Positions 1-9,740 of a stretch of DNA of 64,000 nt are shown here, piece by piece. The DNA is from a virus, in IMG/VR virus record IMGVR_UViG_3300025084_003207, positions 1 through 64,000 of that record; one strand, written 5' to 3'. The translations under genes and the position numbers were made by a program. Every line of letters begins with the position of its first letter. Within the stretch, counting starts at the first letter, position 1. The notes under the pieces were generated by a model that had not been told where the DNA came from, ran no database searches, and was given only the letters and a program-made list of their open reading frames with translations.

Positions 1-1
1 A

Positions 2-238
2 CCATGGGAAACTCCAGTAGAATTTTACTGGGGCGGAGACCGTTGGTTATGTCGTACCCATCACACTCCCAATCCTGAATATAGCCACTGGAACCGTGCT
101 ATCATAGGCAAGGCTGAACAATGGATTCCTTTAGAGGAGCAAGGTAGATCAGACTACAAATGTCAGTACAAGACCAAGAATGGTTGGTTTGATCAAAAAG
201 ATGCCCAACTGAAAAAAGAAGTTCAGGAGGCGGCGTAA
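2..238 (+). CDS. hypothetical protein, 5'-truncated by window edge
   Basis: Open frame PWETPVEFYWGGDRW...KKEVQEAA* ends at TAA 236-238, overlapping the next ATG (TAATG coupling). Not in the ORF track. Confidence 0.7.
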   Translation, partial: PWETPVEFYWGGDRWLCRTHHTPNPEYSHWNRAIIGKAEQWIPLEEQGRSDYKCQYKTKNGWFDQKDAQLKKEVQEAA

Positions 239-600
239 TGATTAAACAAAGAAATACAACTGTTCTTGCAAGTGACTATCAAAGCACTGAGCAACTTAAA
301 AAATTTGTTAAGCATTGTACTGGTGCTAAAATGACACCAGTGAAAGGTAAGGAAAATGCATTTTGGGTATCGGGTGATAAAAGAGGCGACTACTACGAGC
401 AAAAGTATTACAAAATAGTATTTGGCCCAGTCACCCAAGTTTCTTACAGACCAAACAGAAGTGAGAAATCAGGCTATGGTTTTGATATTCAAACAACTGG
501 GGACCTAAATGGTTGGCAGTTAATGGGTGAATACAGAACAATGATCAAAGAAACAATGGCTGAGTATAGGAAAACAAGGCCAGAAAATTTGGTAAAATAG
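238..600 (+). CDS. hypothetical phage protein (120 aa)
   Basis: AGGAGG SD at ~225-230, TAATG coupling, no recognisable motif. Confidence 0.8.
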   Translation: MIKQRNTTVLASDYQSTEQLKKFVKHCTGAKMTPVKGKENAFWVSGDKRGDYYEQKYYKIVFGPVTQVSYRPNRSEKSGYGFDIQTTGDLNGWQLMGEYRTMIKETMAEYRKTRPENLVK

Positions 601-601
601 G

Positions 602-630
602 TTGACCATAAGTGCCATTTTTAGTATAAT
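602..630 (+). promoter_or_regulatory. sigma70-type early promoter upstream of DNA ligase
   Basis: TTGACC (602-607) -17 bp- TATAAT (625-630), followed by AGGAG SD and ATG 662. Confidence 0.85.
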
Positions 631-661
631 AGTTGTATAAATTAAAAAGGTAGGAGTTTTT

Positions 662-1933
662 ATGAATACATGGAATATAATTCAAGAATTAGAGAGCAAC
701 AATAGTTCTCTATTCAAGCAAGACGTTATCAAGCAAAACATTGATAACAGTGAATTTGTTACTGGTATTCAGTATGCCTTAGATCCATTAGTTACCTTTG
801 GTGTACAACAAGTACCATTCAGTGAAGCAGATGGCAAAGGCATACTTCCAGAAGAGTTTTATAAAATTGCTGATATGCTAGTTGCAAGAGAACTTACTGG
901 ACATGCGGCCAGAGATGCTATTCAAGAACTATGTGATTTAGCAACTAACGAGCAATGGAACGATTGGTACAGACGTATCTTAATTAAAGACCTACGTTGT
1001 GGTACTGGTGCTAAACTTATTAACAAAGTACAAAAGGATACTATTCCACTATTTGGTTGTATGTTAGCACATGATGGTGCTAAACATCCTAAGAAGATTA
1101 CAGGCGAATGCTTTATCGAATACAAGTATGATGGTGTCAGAGTTATTGCTATCGTGCAAAACGGTAGTGCTACATTATACTCACGTAATGGTAAACTACT
1201 TGCTAATTTTCCACACATTGAAGAAACATTGAGCAAGCCTGAGTTCGAAGGCTTAGTGTTTGATGGCGAAGTAATGAGTGAAGACTTTCAAAGTTTAATG
1301 AAGCAAGTACACAGAAAAGAAGGTGCTCAGACTGAGGATTCATATTTAGCAGTATTTGATATGCTTACACTTGAAGAGTTTAATGCAGGTGGTACTGATA
1401 TGACTGCATTCGAAAGACGTGAACGTTTAATTAGTAAACAGGCTAATTTTAATAACAGAATTACACTTGTTCAAGCAATCAATTTAGATTTAGACAGTGA
1501 GCAAGGCCAAGCAAGTTTTAAAGCAATGAACAAACAGGCACTAGAAGAAGGCTACGAAGGCTTAATGATTAAGCCTGTTAACGAAGGCTACAAGTGTAAA
1601 CGTTCACATGCTTGGTTAAAGATCAAACCTTTTATTGAAGTAACCTTAAGTGTTGTAGCACTAGAAGAAGGCACAGGCAAGAATGAAGGATTACTTGGTG
1701 CTCTTGTTGTAGAAGGCGAAGACGATGGTAAGTTTTTTAGACTTAACGTTGGTAGTGGACTAACTGATGAAAACAGAGAGCAAATTTGGGCAAACCAAGA
1801 TGCTGTTATTGGGCAGTTAGTTGAGATTAGAGCCGATGCGGCAACGCAAAGTCAGGACGCAGAAGATACTTGGAGCCTTAGGTTTCCAAGATTTAAAACA
1901 TTCCGTGGCTTTGAATTAGGGGAGAAACTGTAA
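662..1933 (+). CDS. lig: ATP-dependent DNA ligase (T4 gp30-like)
   Basis: Motif I EYKYDGVR, FDGEVM, EGLMIK, WLKIK, OB-fold SLRFPRF; N-terminal RILIKDLRCG as in phage ligases. Confidence 0.95.
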   Translation: MNTWNIIQELESNNSSLFKQDVIKQNIDNSEFVTGIQYALDPLVTFGVQQVPFSEADGKGILPEEFYKIADMLVARELTGHAARDAIQELCDLATNEQWNDWYRRILIKDLRCGTGAKLINKVQKDTIPLFGCMLAHDGAKHPKKITGECFIEYKYDGVRVIAIVQNGSATLYSRNGKLLANFPHIEETLSKPEFEGLVFDGEVMSEDFQSLMKQVHRKEGAQTEDSYLAVFDMLTLEEFNAGGTDMTAFERRERLISKQANFNNRITLVQAINLDLDSEQGQASFKAMNKQALEEGYEGLMIKPVNEGYKCKRSHAWLKIKPFIEVTLSVVALEEGTGKNEGLLGALVVEGEDDGKFFRLNVGSGLTDENREQIWANQDAVIGQLVEIRADAATQSQDAEDTWSLRFPRFKTFRGFELGEKL

Positions 1934-2022
1934 TGGCTGAATTAATTTTTGGATTTATTTACTTTGGTTATCTTGCTCTATTAAGCATTGGTACTAGTGT
2001 TATTATTTGGGAGAAATTATAG
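1933..2022 (+). CDS. small single-TM membrane peptide (29 aa)
   Basis: MAELIFGFIYFGYLALLSIGTSVIIWEKL*; TAATG overlap with ligase stop, GGAGA SD; not in track. Confidence 0.55.
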   Translation: MAELIFGFIYFGYLALLSIGTSVIIWEKL

Positions 2023-2026
2023 AAAA

Positions 2027-2563
2027 ATGCCAAATTGGTGTAATAATCATATTGTAATTGAAGGACCTACTGATAAGGTTGAAGCAATATGGAGTAAAGC
2101 AAGTGACGAATCCGATGAAGGATTGTTAAGTGCCTTACACCCAATCGGCGAATGGGATTATCACAAAGCAGTAGATGAATGGGGAACTAAATGGGACGTA
2201 CCTTTAACTGACAGTAATTTAGAATTAGAAATGATTAATGAGAGCACATCTGCTATTGTTGGTTATTTTGAAAGTGCCTGGTCACCACCGTTAAATGCTA
2301 TTATGCATTACGAGGAGGCAAACCCAGATGTTGATATTCACTGTATGTATTATGAACCTGCAAATGACTTTGTTGGTTCTAATCACTATGGTGATTTCTC
2401 TATTACTGATCAGCCAAGAAGTTTTTGGGAAACAGATCCAGCAGGACAAGATTTAGATAATACTTTTTATGTCACGGAAATGCTTGACGAGTATCAAGAC
2501 GAATTAGAAGATCAGCACCTAGATGATGACACACTAGTTGATCCGGAGAAATTACCCGAATGA
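2027..2563 (+). CDS. YubB/DUF1281-like ferredoxin-fold protein
   Basis: MPNWCNN...WGTKWD...FESAWSPP...YYEP signature. Start moved from 1988 (track) to ATG 2027 after a GGGAGA SD-like sequence. Confidence 0.75.
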   Translation: MPNWCNNHIVIEGPTDKVEAIWSKASDESDEGLLSALHPIGEWDYHKAVDEWGTKWDVPLTDSNLELEMINESTSAIVGYFESAWSPPLNAIMHYEEANPDVDIHCMYYEPANDFVGSNHYGDFSITDQPRSFWETDPAGQDLDNTFYVTEMLDEYQDELEDQHLDDDTLVDPEKLPE

Positions 2564-2874
2564 AGGCTTGGGAAGAATTTTTAGTAAGCGATACCAAACA
2601 TCATTTTGGTGGTCGACAACGTATATACAAATTTCCAAATGGTTTTGGTGCTAGTGTAATACCAGAATATATAATCACAGACGATGAGCAATATGATGAG
2701 CACCTTAATCCTGAGGATAATAATAAAATGAAACCTAAAAAAGGTTGGTGGGAGATTGCAGTATTAGATTCTTTCGGAGAGTTATGTTATGACACAGACA
2801 TAACAGATGATGTATTGAGAAATCAATGTGACCCAGATGTAGATAATGTGTTAGGGAAAATAAGTAGATTATGA
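2560..2874 (+). CDS. conserved hypothetical phage protein
   Basis: YKFPNGFGASV...WEIAVL...ITDDV pattern familiar from small phage proteins; ATGA coupling. Confidence 0.7.
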   Translation: MKAWEEFLVSDTKHHFGGRQRIYKFPNGFGASVIPEYIITDDEQYDEHLNPEDNNKMKPKKGWWEIAVLDSFGELCYDTDITDDVLRNQCDPDVDNVLGKISRL

Positions 2875-3011
2875 AAAAAATAGCAGAATGGTTAGAAATT
2901 TGTAAAGTTCATTGGAAAGAGATATTTGCTATCTCCTTTATTATGCACTTTGTATTTGATGGTTTTATATTGTTAATTGGTATACTAATAGGAGTACACA
3001 TTGGGCACTAA
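2871..3011 (+). CDS. small membrane protein (46 aa)
   Basis: MKKIAEWLEICKVHWKEIFAISFIMHFVFDGFILLIGILIGVHIGH*; ATGA coupling; hydrophobic C-half; not in track. Confidence 0.65.
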   Translation: MKKIAEWLEICKVHWKEIFAISFIMHFVFDGFILLIGILIGVHIGH

Positions 3012-3138
3012 AAAAATAAAAAGACCTGTGAGCACTTTAACTCACAGCACAAAGGAAGTAGCACTACACTTTTTAAAGTGGAGAGAGCAACAAAAGAAAA
3101 ATTCTTTAATAGGGCATAACGGAGGACCCTCTTTATAA
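3001..3138 (+). CDS. small basic protein ending IGHNGGPSL (45 aa, TTG start)
   Basis: GGAG SD at 2991-2994, TTG at 3001, open frame fills the gap to the next promoter motif; not in track. Confidence 0.5.
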   Translation: MGTKKIKRPVSTLTHSTKEVALHFLKWREQQKKNSLIGHNGGPSL

Positions 3139-3141
3139 ATA
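3134..3141 (+). promoter_or_regulatory. T4-late-like promoter TATAAATA
   Basis: Exact T4 late consensus, 6 nt before ATG 3148. Confidence 0.7.
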
Positions 3142-3147
3142 ATTATT

Positions 3148-3420
3148 ATGACGCAATACGACGATACAGTAGAAAGACAACGAGTATTACTTGCCGCTGA
3201 AGATTGGGCAAAAGGTGTTAAATCAGTTCATGCACATTCACTTGGTTCCATGTGGTATGATACTAGGCCTCAAGATACCCAAGACGGAAATTCTGTGATG
3301 GATATACAATACAATAGTGGACTTATTGAAAGACAAACAAGCGATGGTTATACAGTCTACTTTGGTAAAGAACTTAAAGGTGATGACCTAATACAAGAGT
3401 TTCAAAGAAACTCTGCATGA
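3148..3420 (+). CDS. hypothetical phage protein (90 aa)
   Basis: ORF track; directly behind late-type motif; ATGA coupling to next gene. Confidence 0.75.
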   Translation: MTQYDDTVERQRVLLAAEDWAKGVKSVHAHSLGSMWYDTRPQDTQDGNSVMDIQYNSGLIERQTSDGYTVYFGKELKGDDLIQEFQRNSA

Positions 3421-4658
3421 AAGATATCCTAGTAATTCCCTACTGGGAAGAGTTTGACGATATACTAGGAAAATCTCGTCCTGCTAGGCTTTGCAATAAA
3501 GCACTAGAATACCCAATGTCAGAAGATGTCACTAGAAACATAGTTCTCATGAGATCAATAGAGCAGTTGGAAGAACTCATTGAATCCGGAAATGACAATC
3601 TTACTATTCAGTTTGGGTTGCATTTAAGACCACAATTAGATTATGAAACAGGTGATAAATTATTTGGTATTGTAGAAAGATTATCTAAATGTAAAAACTT
3701 TGATAATGTTAAATGGAGATTTGCCAATGGTTGGGATATCTATAATTTAGATGAAGAGGCAAGACGTAATTGGTTAGTAGATCAAACTAGATTAATTAAA
3801 CAAGAAAATATCAGTATTCATATAAACAATTTTTTAACTGTTAAAGATTATAAAAAAGTTTTACCAAAAGCAGATATACAATTTTACAATGTATATTATA
3901 ATAGAATATTTTGCAATAATGAAGAATTAAATTTTCAGCCTAATGTTGAAAAACGCAATAAGCATTTTGTAGCATTTAATGGTAGAGTATGCTGGCACAG
4001 GGATTATATTGTCAATCACATTGAGAACAAATATAAAGAAAAATGTTATTACAGTTACATAGAAAAAAATATAACACTAGGAAAACAGACTGGTGTAAAC
4101 AGCGACACAGGTACTACTCCAACTTATGAAATGTATGATAGGCAATATGAAGATTGGATGATGAAGCCGTCATTTAGTGTATTAAATGATTCTTATGTAC
4201 AAGTTGTAACCGAATCTTTCTTTGACCCTAACTCTATTGCTGTAGCATTTAATGGTAATGATGAACAAGGTAATTCAGATATAAATATCAAACCCATAGG
4301 AACAGCAAACGGTTTGATAACTGAAAAAACTTATAAAACGTTTTTATACGAACAACCAATGTTGCTAGTTGCATTTCCAGGAATACTTGCACAGATTAAA
4401 GAAATGGGTTACAAAACTTTTCCTGAATTCTTTGATGAAGACTATGATAATGAACAGCATCATCATACTAGAATGAATAAAATTGTTGCAAGTTTAGACA
4501 AGTTTATGCAAATGGATCTAGATGAAATACATGAACTTTACCACAGTGATTCTGTACAAGAAAAACTAAAACATAATAAAGAATTGTTTTACAAGAGCAC
4601 AATTGAATGCCCGATCAACAAATGGTTTGTGCCTAACAAACAATACCAACTATCCTAA
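3417..4658 (+). CDS. putative glycosyltransferase (GT-B / GT10-like C-terminal motif), paralog 1
   Basis: FVAFNGR..WHR, VVTES, ITEKTYK..LYEQPML..GIL..IKEMGYKTFPEFFDEDYD; pattern shared with 11039-12418 and 12400-13983. The ITEK motif resembles the GT10 nucleotide-sugar motif (function inferred). Confidence 0.5.
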   Translation: MKDILVIPYWEEFDDILGKSRPARLCNKALEYPMSEDVTRNIVLMRSIEQLEELIESGNDNLTIQFGLHLRPQLDYETGDKLFGIVERLSKCKNFDNVKWRFANGWDIYNLDEEARRNWLVDQTRLIKQENISIHINNFLTVKDYKKVLPKADIQFYNVYYNRIFCNNEELNFQPNVEKRNKHFVAFNGRVCWHRDYIVNHIENKYKEKCYYSYIEKNITLGKQTGVNSDTGTTPTYEMYDRQYEDWMMKPSFSVLNDSYVQVVTESFFDPNSIAVAFNGNDEQGNSDINIKPIGTANGLITEKTYKTFLYEQPMLLVAFPGILAQIKEMGYKTFPEFFDEDYDNEQHHHTRMNKIVASLDKFMQMDLDEIHELYHSDSVQEKLKHNKELFYKSTIECPINKWFVPNKQYQLS

Positions 4659-4676
4659 AAAACAAAACAAATCTCT

Positions 4677-4684
4677 GATAAATA
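4677..4684 (+). promoter_or_regulatory. late-type promoter GATAAATA
   Basis: Intergenic. Followed by hairpin TGTACTA-GAAAT-TAGTACA (4689-4707) and AGGAG SD before ATG 4730. Confidence 0.65.
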
Positions 4685-4729
4685 TGAGTGTACTAGAAAT
4701 TAGTACAGAGACATAAACAGGAGAACAAA

Positions 4730-6052
4730 ATGGCCTCAATCGGATTCATTGGGGTAGGCAAGTTAGGACAAGCCTGCGCCGAGATGGTCGCCGAGGTCCA
4801 TGATGTTGTTGGTTATGATGTCAATCCAGTAGAGCCTGAAAACTTTACAATGGTTGACAATATGGAAGATGCTGTAAAAGGACAAGACATTGTTTTTATC
4901 GCAGTACCTACTCCACATGACCCGCAGTATGATGGAAAGGCACCTACCAGCCATTTACCTAACAAGGACTTTGATTACACAATAGTTAAAGACATTCTTG
5001 AAAAAGTAAATGCTGTAGCGACCCAAGAACAATTAATAGTCCTTATATCAACAGTACTTCCAGGTACTGTTAGAAGAGAATTTATTCCATTAATTACTAA
5101 CACAAGATTTGTATATAATCCATACTTAATTGCTATGGGTACTGTGAAATGGGATATGGTTAATCCAGAAATGGTAATGATTGGAACAGAAGATGGAAGT
5201 GAAACAGGTGATGCAAAAGAACTTGTGGACTTCTACAAAACAATAATGCAAAACGATCCTAAGTACATTATAGGTACATGGGACGAATGCGAATGTATTA
5301 AAGTTTTTTATAATACATTTATATCAGCAAAAGTAAGTTTAGTAAACATGATACAAGATGTTGCAGAAAAGCAAGGCAACATCAATGCAGAAGTAGTATG
5401 TGATGCACTTGCAAACTCAGATAGACGTATTATGGGACCAGGTTATATGAAACCAGGTATGGGCGATGGCGGTGCTTGTCACCCTAGAGATAACATTGCT
5501 CTACGTTGGATGGCAGAGGACTTGGATTTAGGTTATGACTTGTTTGATGCAGTAATGTTATCAAGAGAAGTACAAGCAGAGAACATGGCAAAACGTCTAA
5601 TGGAACTTGCAGGAGATGAACACCCAGCATTTGGTTTAGTACCAAGCAAGCCTATAATTATTGTAGGTAAAGCATACAAGCCACTTGTACCGTATGAAAC
5701 AGGCTCTAGCAGTATGCTTGTTGGACATTACATTGAAAAAGCAGGATTTGAATTATATTACTATGACGAACAAACAGGCGACATGCCTCCGCAGGAAGTA
5801 TTAGATAGTCCTGCTGTTTATCTTTTAGCACATAACCCAGAAGTCACATATGGCGATCAATTAGACACAGTACCAAGTTGGTATGGTGAGCATAACGTCA
5901 CAGATTGCGACGAAGCATTAAGTGTAAAAACAGGTAATGGTTCAGAACTTAGTTTTGCTATTAATAGTACAGTAGTAGACCCATGGAGAAAAACACCTGA
6001 CATAGACGGTGTTACTGTTATCCACTACGGGAATACTAGAGGAGCAAAATGA
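4730..6052 (+). CDS. ugd: UDP-glucose/GDP-mannose dehydrogenase family protein
   Basis: GFIGVGKLG Rossmann motif, FIAVPTP, STVLPGT, KVFYNTFISAKVSLVN, catalytic GGACHPRD. Confidence 0.9.
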   Translation: MASIGFIGVGKLGQACAEMVAEVHDVVGYDVNPVEPENFTMVDNMEDAVKGQDIVFIAVPTPHDPQYDGKAPTSHLPNKDFDYTIVKDILEKVNAVATQEQLIVLISTVLPGTVRREFIPLITNTRFVYNPYLIAMGTVKWDMVNPEMVMIGTEDGSETGDAKELVDFYKTIMQNDPKYIIGTWDECECIKVFYNTFISAKVSLVNMIQDVAEKQGNINAEVVCDALANSDRRIMGPGYMKPGMGDGGACHPRDNIALRWMAEDLDLGYDLFDAVMLSREVQAENMAKRLMELAGDEHPAFGLVPSKPIIIVGKAYKPLVPYETGSSSMLVGHYIEKAGFELYYYDEQTGDMPPQEVLDSPAVYLLAHNPEVTYGDQLDTVPSWYGEHNVTDCDEALSVKTGNGSELSFAINSTVVDPWRKTPDIDGVTVIHYGNTRGAK

Positions 6053-6837
6053 ACATAGATCAACAAATACTTGATCACATATTCCATAAGTGGGGTAGTG
6101 ACAGTGAAAAACTTGCTTTGAATGAGCAATATCGCTATACCCCTCCCTACCCTACTTTGGCTTTAGATGATTTTATCCCTTATAATGTAGCAAAATTATT
6201 ATACGAAGAAAGTAAAACTATACCTAAAAAATATTGGACAACATTTACTAGAGCAGATAGTTATATGGAAGAGTGCAAAGACTTAGACGAGGCACCAGTT
6301 GCCAGAGGAGTTGTTAGTGCTTTACATAGTAGAGAGTTCTTAACATGGTTAAGCCAAGTATGTGATGTACAACATTTATTACCGGACCCTTACTTAGTTG
6401 GTGCTGGTTATATGAAAAGTTACAAAGGCGACAGTTTAAAAATACACTCAGACTTTAATTGGAATGAAGAATGTCAAACTCATAGAGCATTAAGTTTAAT
6501 ATTATATTTTACACCTGACTGGGACGAAGCATGGCACGGTGACTTACAGTTTTGGGATTTTGAAAAGAAAGGAAAAGTAGTAAGTTACCCACCTAAAATG
6601 GGAAATGTAGTTGTGTGGAAATATCATAAACGAGGTTTCCACGGACATCCAAATCCAATTGACTGTCCTGAAGATAAATTTAGAGTAGGCTTTAGAGCAT
6701 TTTATTATATATCAGATAGTAAACACGATTGGAGAGATCCACCACACAAAAGTTTATATTGGTATGACAAAGAAAAGAATCAACCATACCATTTAGAAAA
6801 TGAATACGGACATGGTAAACTAAAAGACGATGACTAA
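6049..6837 (+). CDS. 2OG-Fe(II) oxygenase
   Basis: LPDPYLVGAG, IHSDFN (HxD), LILYFTPDWDEAWHGDLQFWD, FHGHP...R. Confidence 0.85.
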   Translation: MNIDQQILDHIFHKWGSDSEKLALNEQYRYTPPYPTLALDDFIPYNVAKLLYEESKTIPKKYWTTFTRADSYMEECKDLDEAPVARGVVSALHSREFLTWLSQVCDVQHLLPDPYLVGAGYMKSYKGDSLKIHSDFNWNEECQTHRALSLILYFTPDWDEAWHGDLQFWDFEKKGKVVSYPPKMGNVVVWKYHKRGFHGHPNPIDCPEDKFRVGFRAFYYISDSKHDWRDPPHKSLYWYDKEKNQPYHLENEYGHGKLKDDD

Positions 6838-7753
6838 TTATAATTATCAAGGTCCGCTTAATGGCGGTTATGCTATACAGGACAAAAACATTACATCAGA
6901 ACTGAGAGATTTCTGTATGAGCACTTATGAGTGGGACGAATTTTTTGCCGCTGATGGTGTAACTGATCACAGAGAAAAATTTATAGAAATTTTTGGTAGA
7001 TGGATACGCAGTAGTGATTTAAATACCATTGATGGCCTAGATGCATTTCCGCATGTTACACAAACTAATGGTACTAGTGAAGCATTCAGTATGTTTATGC
7101 AACGTCATAGAGATAAGAACTTTAAATTTTTTAAAGGTGACTTTATGATGCACAAAGTTGCATGTAATAATATGAATGTTAATTGGGAATGGATTTATAA
7201 TTACGGCCAAATTAGAAAAGGCGATGCTGTAATTATAAGTTGCCCATTTAGTGACACAGGCAGAGCAAAAGAAGATATGCATGAATTCTTAGAATGGTGC
7301 ACAATAAACAATGTACCAGTACTAATTGATATGGCATACTTTGGAATGTGTTACGGTATTGATATTGATGTCGACAAGCCATGTGTAGAAGAAGTTACTT
7401 TTAGTTTAGGTAAAACATTTCCTATCATTGGTGCTAGAGCAGGTATTAGACTACAACGTACTGAAATAGATGATGCTGTACTGTTTGCTAATCAACATGG
7501 TATAGTAAATAACTTTGGTGCTATGATAGGTGAATTTGCCATGAGTGCTTGGGGACCAGATTATATACCAAACAAGTATATGAAAACACAATGGGTAGTG
7601 TGTAATAAATTAAAATTAAAACCAACTAGTTGTGTTATATTTGCACAAAGCAATCATTTAGAACATCAGCAATTTAATAGAGGCAACGATTTAACAAGGC
7701 TTTGTATATCAAAGTTGCTAGTAGAGGAATATGAACGAACCAAAGTATTGTAG
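6830..7753 (+). CDS. PLP-dependent aminotransferase-fold (class I/II-like) enzyme, compact
   Basis: NGTSEAF, SCPFSDTG, LIDMAYFG (DxAY), FSLGKTF...RAG (PLP lysine). Confidence 0.7.
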   Translation: MTNYNYQGPLNGGYAIQDKNITSELRDFCMSTYEWDEFFAADGVTDHREKFIEIFGRWIRSSDLNTIDGLDAFPHVTQTNGTSEAFSMFMQRHRDKNFKFFKGDFMMHKVACNNMNVNWEWIYNYGQIRKGDAVIISCPFSDTGRAKEDMHEFLEWCTINNVPVLIDMAYFGMCYGIDIDVDKPCVEEVTFSLGKTFPIIGARAGIRLQRTEIDDAVLFANQHGIVNNFGAMIGEFAMSAWGPDYIPNKYMKTQWVVCNKLKLKPTSCVIFAQSNHLEHQQFNRGNDLTRLCISKLLVEEYERTKVL

Positions 7754-8957
7754 TTTACTGTGGACACATCTCAGTAACGAACCAGGCGGAACTTGTAGAA
7801 GTTGCTGTATTGCTCGTGAAAGAATTTCACGTCCAGATGGTTCTGACTACACACTAGGTGAAGATTCAATTAGGGATATTTTTCATAGTGATTATATGAA
7901 AAATTTAAGGCAGGAAATTCGCGAAGGCAAGATGCCAGAGAATTGTGCTACATGTTGGATAGACGAAGACAACGGTAAAGAGTCTAAGCGACAGTTATAC
8001 AACGGTTACGCAGAATGGAGATACCCAGATGGAATAGATTACGAGGCTGAACCCGATATGCCGCGGGATTATCAACTTATACTAGGAAACGCCTGTAATT
8101 TGAAATGTAGAACTTGTAATGCAAATTACAGCAGTAAATGGAGAAAAGAATCTATAGACAGAAATATAGAATTTTGGGAACCACCTTCAAAAATAGATTT
8201 ACATGATTTAGAGCAATCTAAATTTTGGCTAGACATTGAAGACTGGTTACCACATGTTAGAGTTTTAGAAATAATGGGTGGCGAGCCTTTCTATATGAAA
8301 GAGTTTCGCAAACTCATTGACAAGTTAGTGGACATGGGAGTAAGCAAAAATATAATGATTACTCTCAGCACTAACGGAACACACTACAATGACAAACTCA
8401 TAGATAAAATTGTAGGCAACTTTGAGAACTTAGGGTTCAACATAAGTTTAGACGGTGTAGAAGAAAAGTTTGATTACCTACGCCACGGAGATAATTGGGA
8501 CAATGTAAAAAGTAATTTAGATAAGTTTTATAAATTACACACAGAAAATGATCATGTTAATATAAATGTTACGCATACTGTAAGTGTGTGGAACTTCTTT
8601 TACTTAAGAGATTTTCATCTTTACTTTGAAACAAATTATCCAGAGTTTTTAATATGGAACAATTTAGTACACTTCCCAGAATGGTGTGAAGCAAATGTTG
8701 TTCCAGGTTTGACAAAGTATGTTATTGCTGATAGAGTAAAACATCCAGAAGATTTTGGATTACCAGCATGGGACAAAGAAAAATACAACAAGGATATATC
8801 ACCATTAGTAGAACATGCTTTAACAGATAGCACAGAAGAGCATTGGCAAAAATTCTTAGAACAAGTCAATGCCGGTGATGTATATCGTAACGAAAGTTTT
8901 GAAGATACGTTTACAGAACTTTATAATGTTGTCAAAGGGGACATGATAAGTATATAA
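7731..8957 (+). CDS. radical SAM enzyme with N-terminal twitch/SPASM-type domain
   Basis: CNLKCRTC, GGEP, STNGT, ISLDG; N-terminal C..LW...CRSCC...CATCW. Confidence 0.9.
   Translation: MNEPKYCSLLWTHLSNEPGGTCRSCCIARERISRPDGSDYTLGEDSIRDIFHSDYMKNLRQEIREGKMPENCATCWIDEDNGKESKRQLYNGYAEWRYPDGIDYEAEPDMPRDYQLILGNACNLKCRTCNANYSSKWRKESIDRNIEFWEPPSKIDLHDLEQSKFWLDIEDWLPHVRVLEIMGGEPFYMKEFRKLIDKLVDMGVSKNIMITLSTNGTHYNDKLIDKIVGNFENLGFNISLDGVEEKFDYLRHGDNWDNVKSNLDKFYKLHTENDHVNINVTHTVSVWNFFYLRDFHLYFETNYPEFLIWNNLVHFPEWCEANVVPGLTKYVIADRVKHPEDFGLPAWDKEKYNKDISPLVEHALTDSTEEHWQKFLEQVNAGDVYRNESFEDTFTELYNVVKGDMISI
8945..8952 (+). promoter_or_regulatory. late-type promoter variant GATAAGTA
   Basis: 6 nt before SD-less ATG 8959, same spacing as other copies. 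Confidence 0.45.
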
Positions 8958-8958
8958 C

Positions 8959-9138
8959 ATGGCAAAATTAAAACAACCAAAACTAGGAGATAGAATATTA
9001 CACAAAGAGCCTGCCTTTGCTAGAGAAAACGAAGGAGTAGTAATACAACTATTAGGAATGCAGTTTGTGTATAAAACAGATAGTGGCGAAGAACGTTTTT
9101 GTCTGTTTAGAGAGGATTGGAGAAAGATCAATGACTGA
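8959..9138 (+). CDS. small hypothetical protein (59 aa, possibly SH3-like)
   Basis: MAKLKQPKLGDRILHKEPAFARENEGVVIQLLG...FREDWRKIND*; fills the gap; not in track. Confidence 0.65.
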   Translation: MAKLKQPKLGDRILHKEPAFARENEGVVIQLLGMQFVYKTDSGEERFCLFREDWRKIND

Positions 9139-9298
9139 TAAAAAAGAATTCGATATGACCGATATAGGTGATATTGCAAGTGAATGGAAGAATGTAAATT
9201 GGGACCTAGTTCAACGTATGCGATTTATGAATGCTGATGCTGAAATAGATCCAGAAGATGGTTATTCAGAAGGTAAACTAAAGTTCGATGAAGACTAG
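9131..9298 (+). CDS. small acidic protein (55 aa)
   Basis: Start moved from 9065 to ATG 9131 (GGAGA SD, overlap with upstream stop). Confidence 0.6.
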   Translation: MTDKKEFDMTDIGDIASEWKNVNWDLVQRMRFMNADAEIDPEDGYSEGKLKFDED

Positions 9299-9740
9299 GT
9301 ATTACATACTCGCAGGTATAGTTTACACATTGTTTGTAGGCTTTATTGTGAATGCTGTAACCTACAGAGTGACATATGAAGAAGTTAAGGAATCATGCTT
9401 AATAGATGGCTGTACAAATGTATATGAATACACAGGCGAAGTCGATGGTGAGGAATGGGAAGAACTAATTACCATCGCAATGGAGTATCAAGAAGAAGCA
9501 GAAATGTGGAAAGCAGATTCTGACGCAAAATGGGAAAGTGATGAGAACCCATACTACAACACAGCATCTGAACAATCCGATGCCGCAATATATGTTAATA
9601 TGTTTATGATGTTAGCAGATCCTATAAACTGGTTGTTTACATTTTTAATAGCAAGTTTTATAGCAGGTTTCTACTTAGCATTTTACAGTTGTAAACTTGC
9701 TATAGAAAGACATTTTAGGGGAGACCATGGGGAAGATTAG
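9288..9740 (+). CDS. membrane protein with N- and C-terminal hydrophobic helices and an acidic loop
   Basis: YYILAGIVYTLFVGFIVNAV and WLFTFLIASFIAGFYLAFY segments. Confidence 0.7.
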   Translation: MKTRYYILAGIVYTLFVGFIVNAVTYRVTYEEVKESCLIDGCTNVYEYTGEVDGEEWEELITIAMEYQEEAEMWKADSDAKWESDENPYYNTASEQSDAAIYVNMFMMLADPINWLFTFLIASFIAGFYLAFYSCKLAIERHFRGDHGED

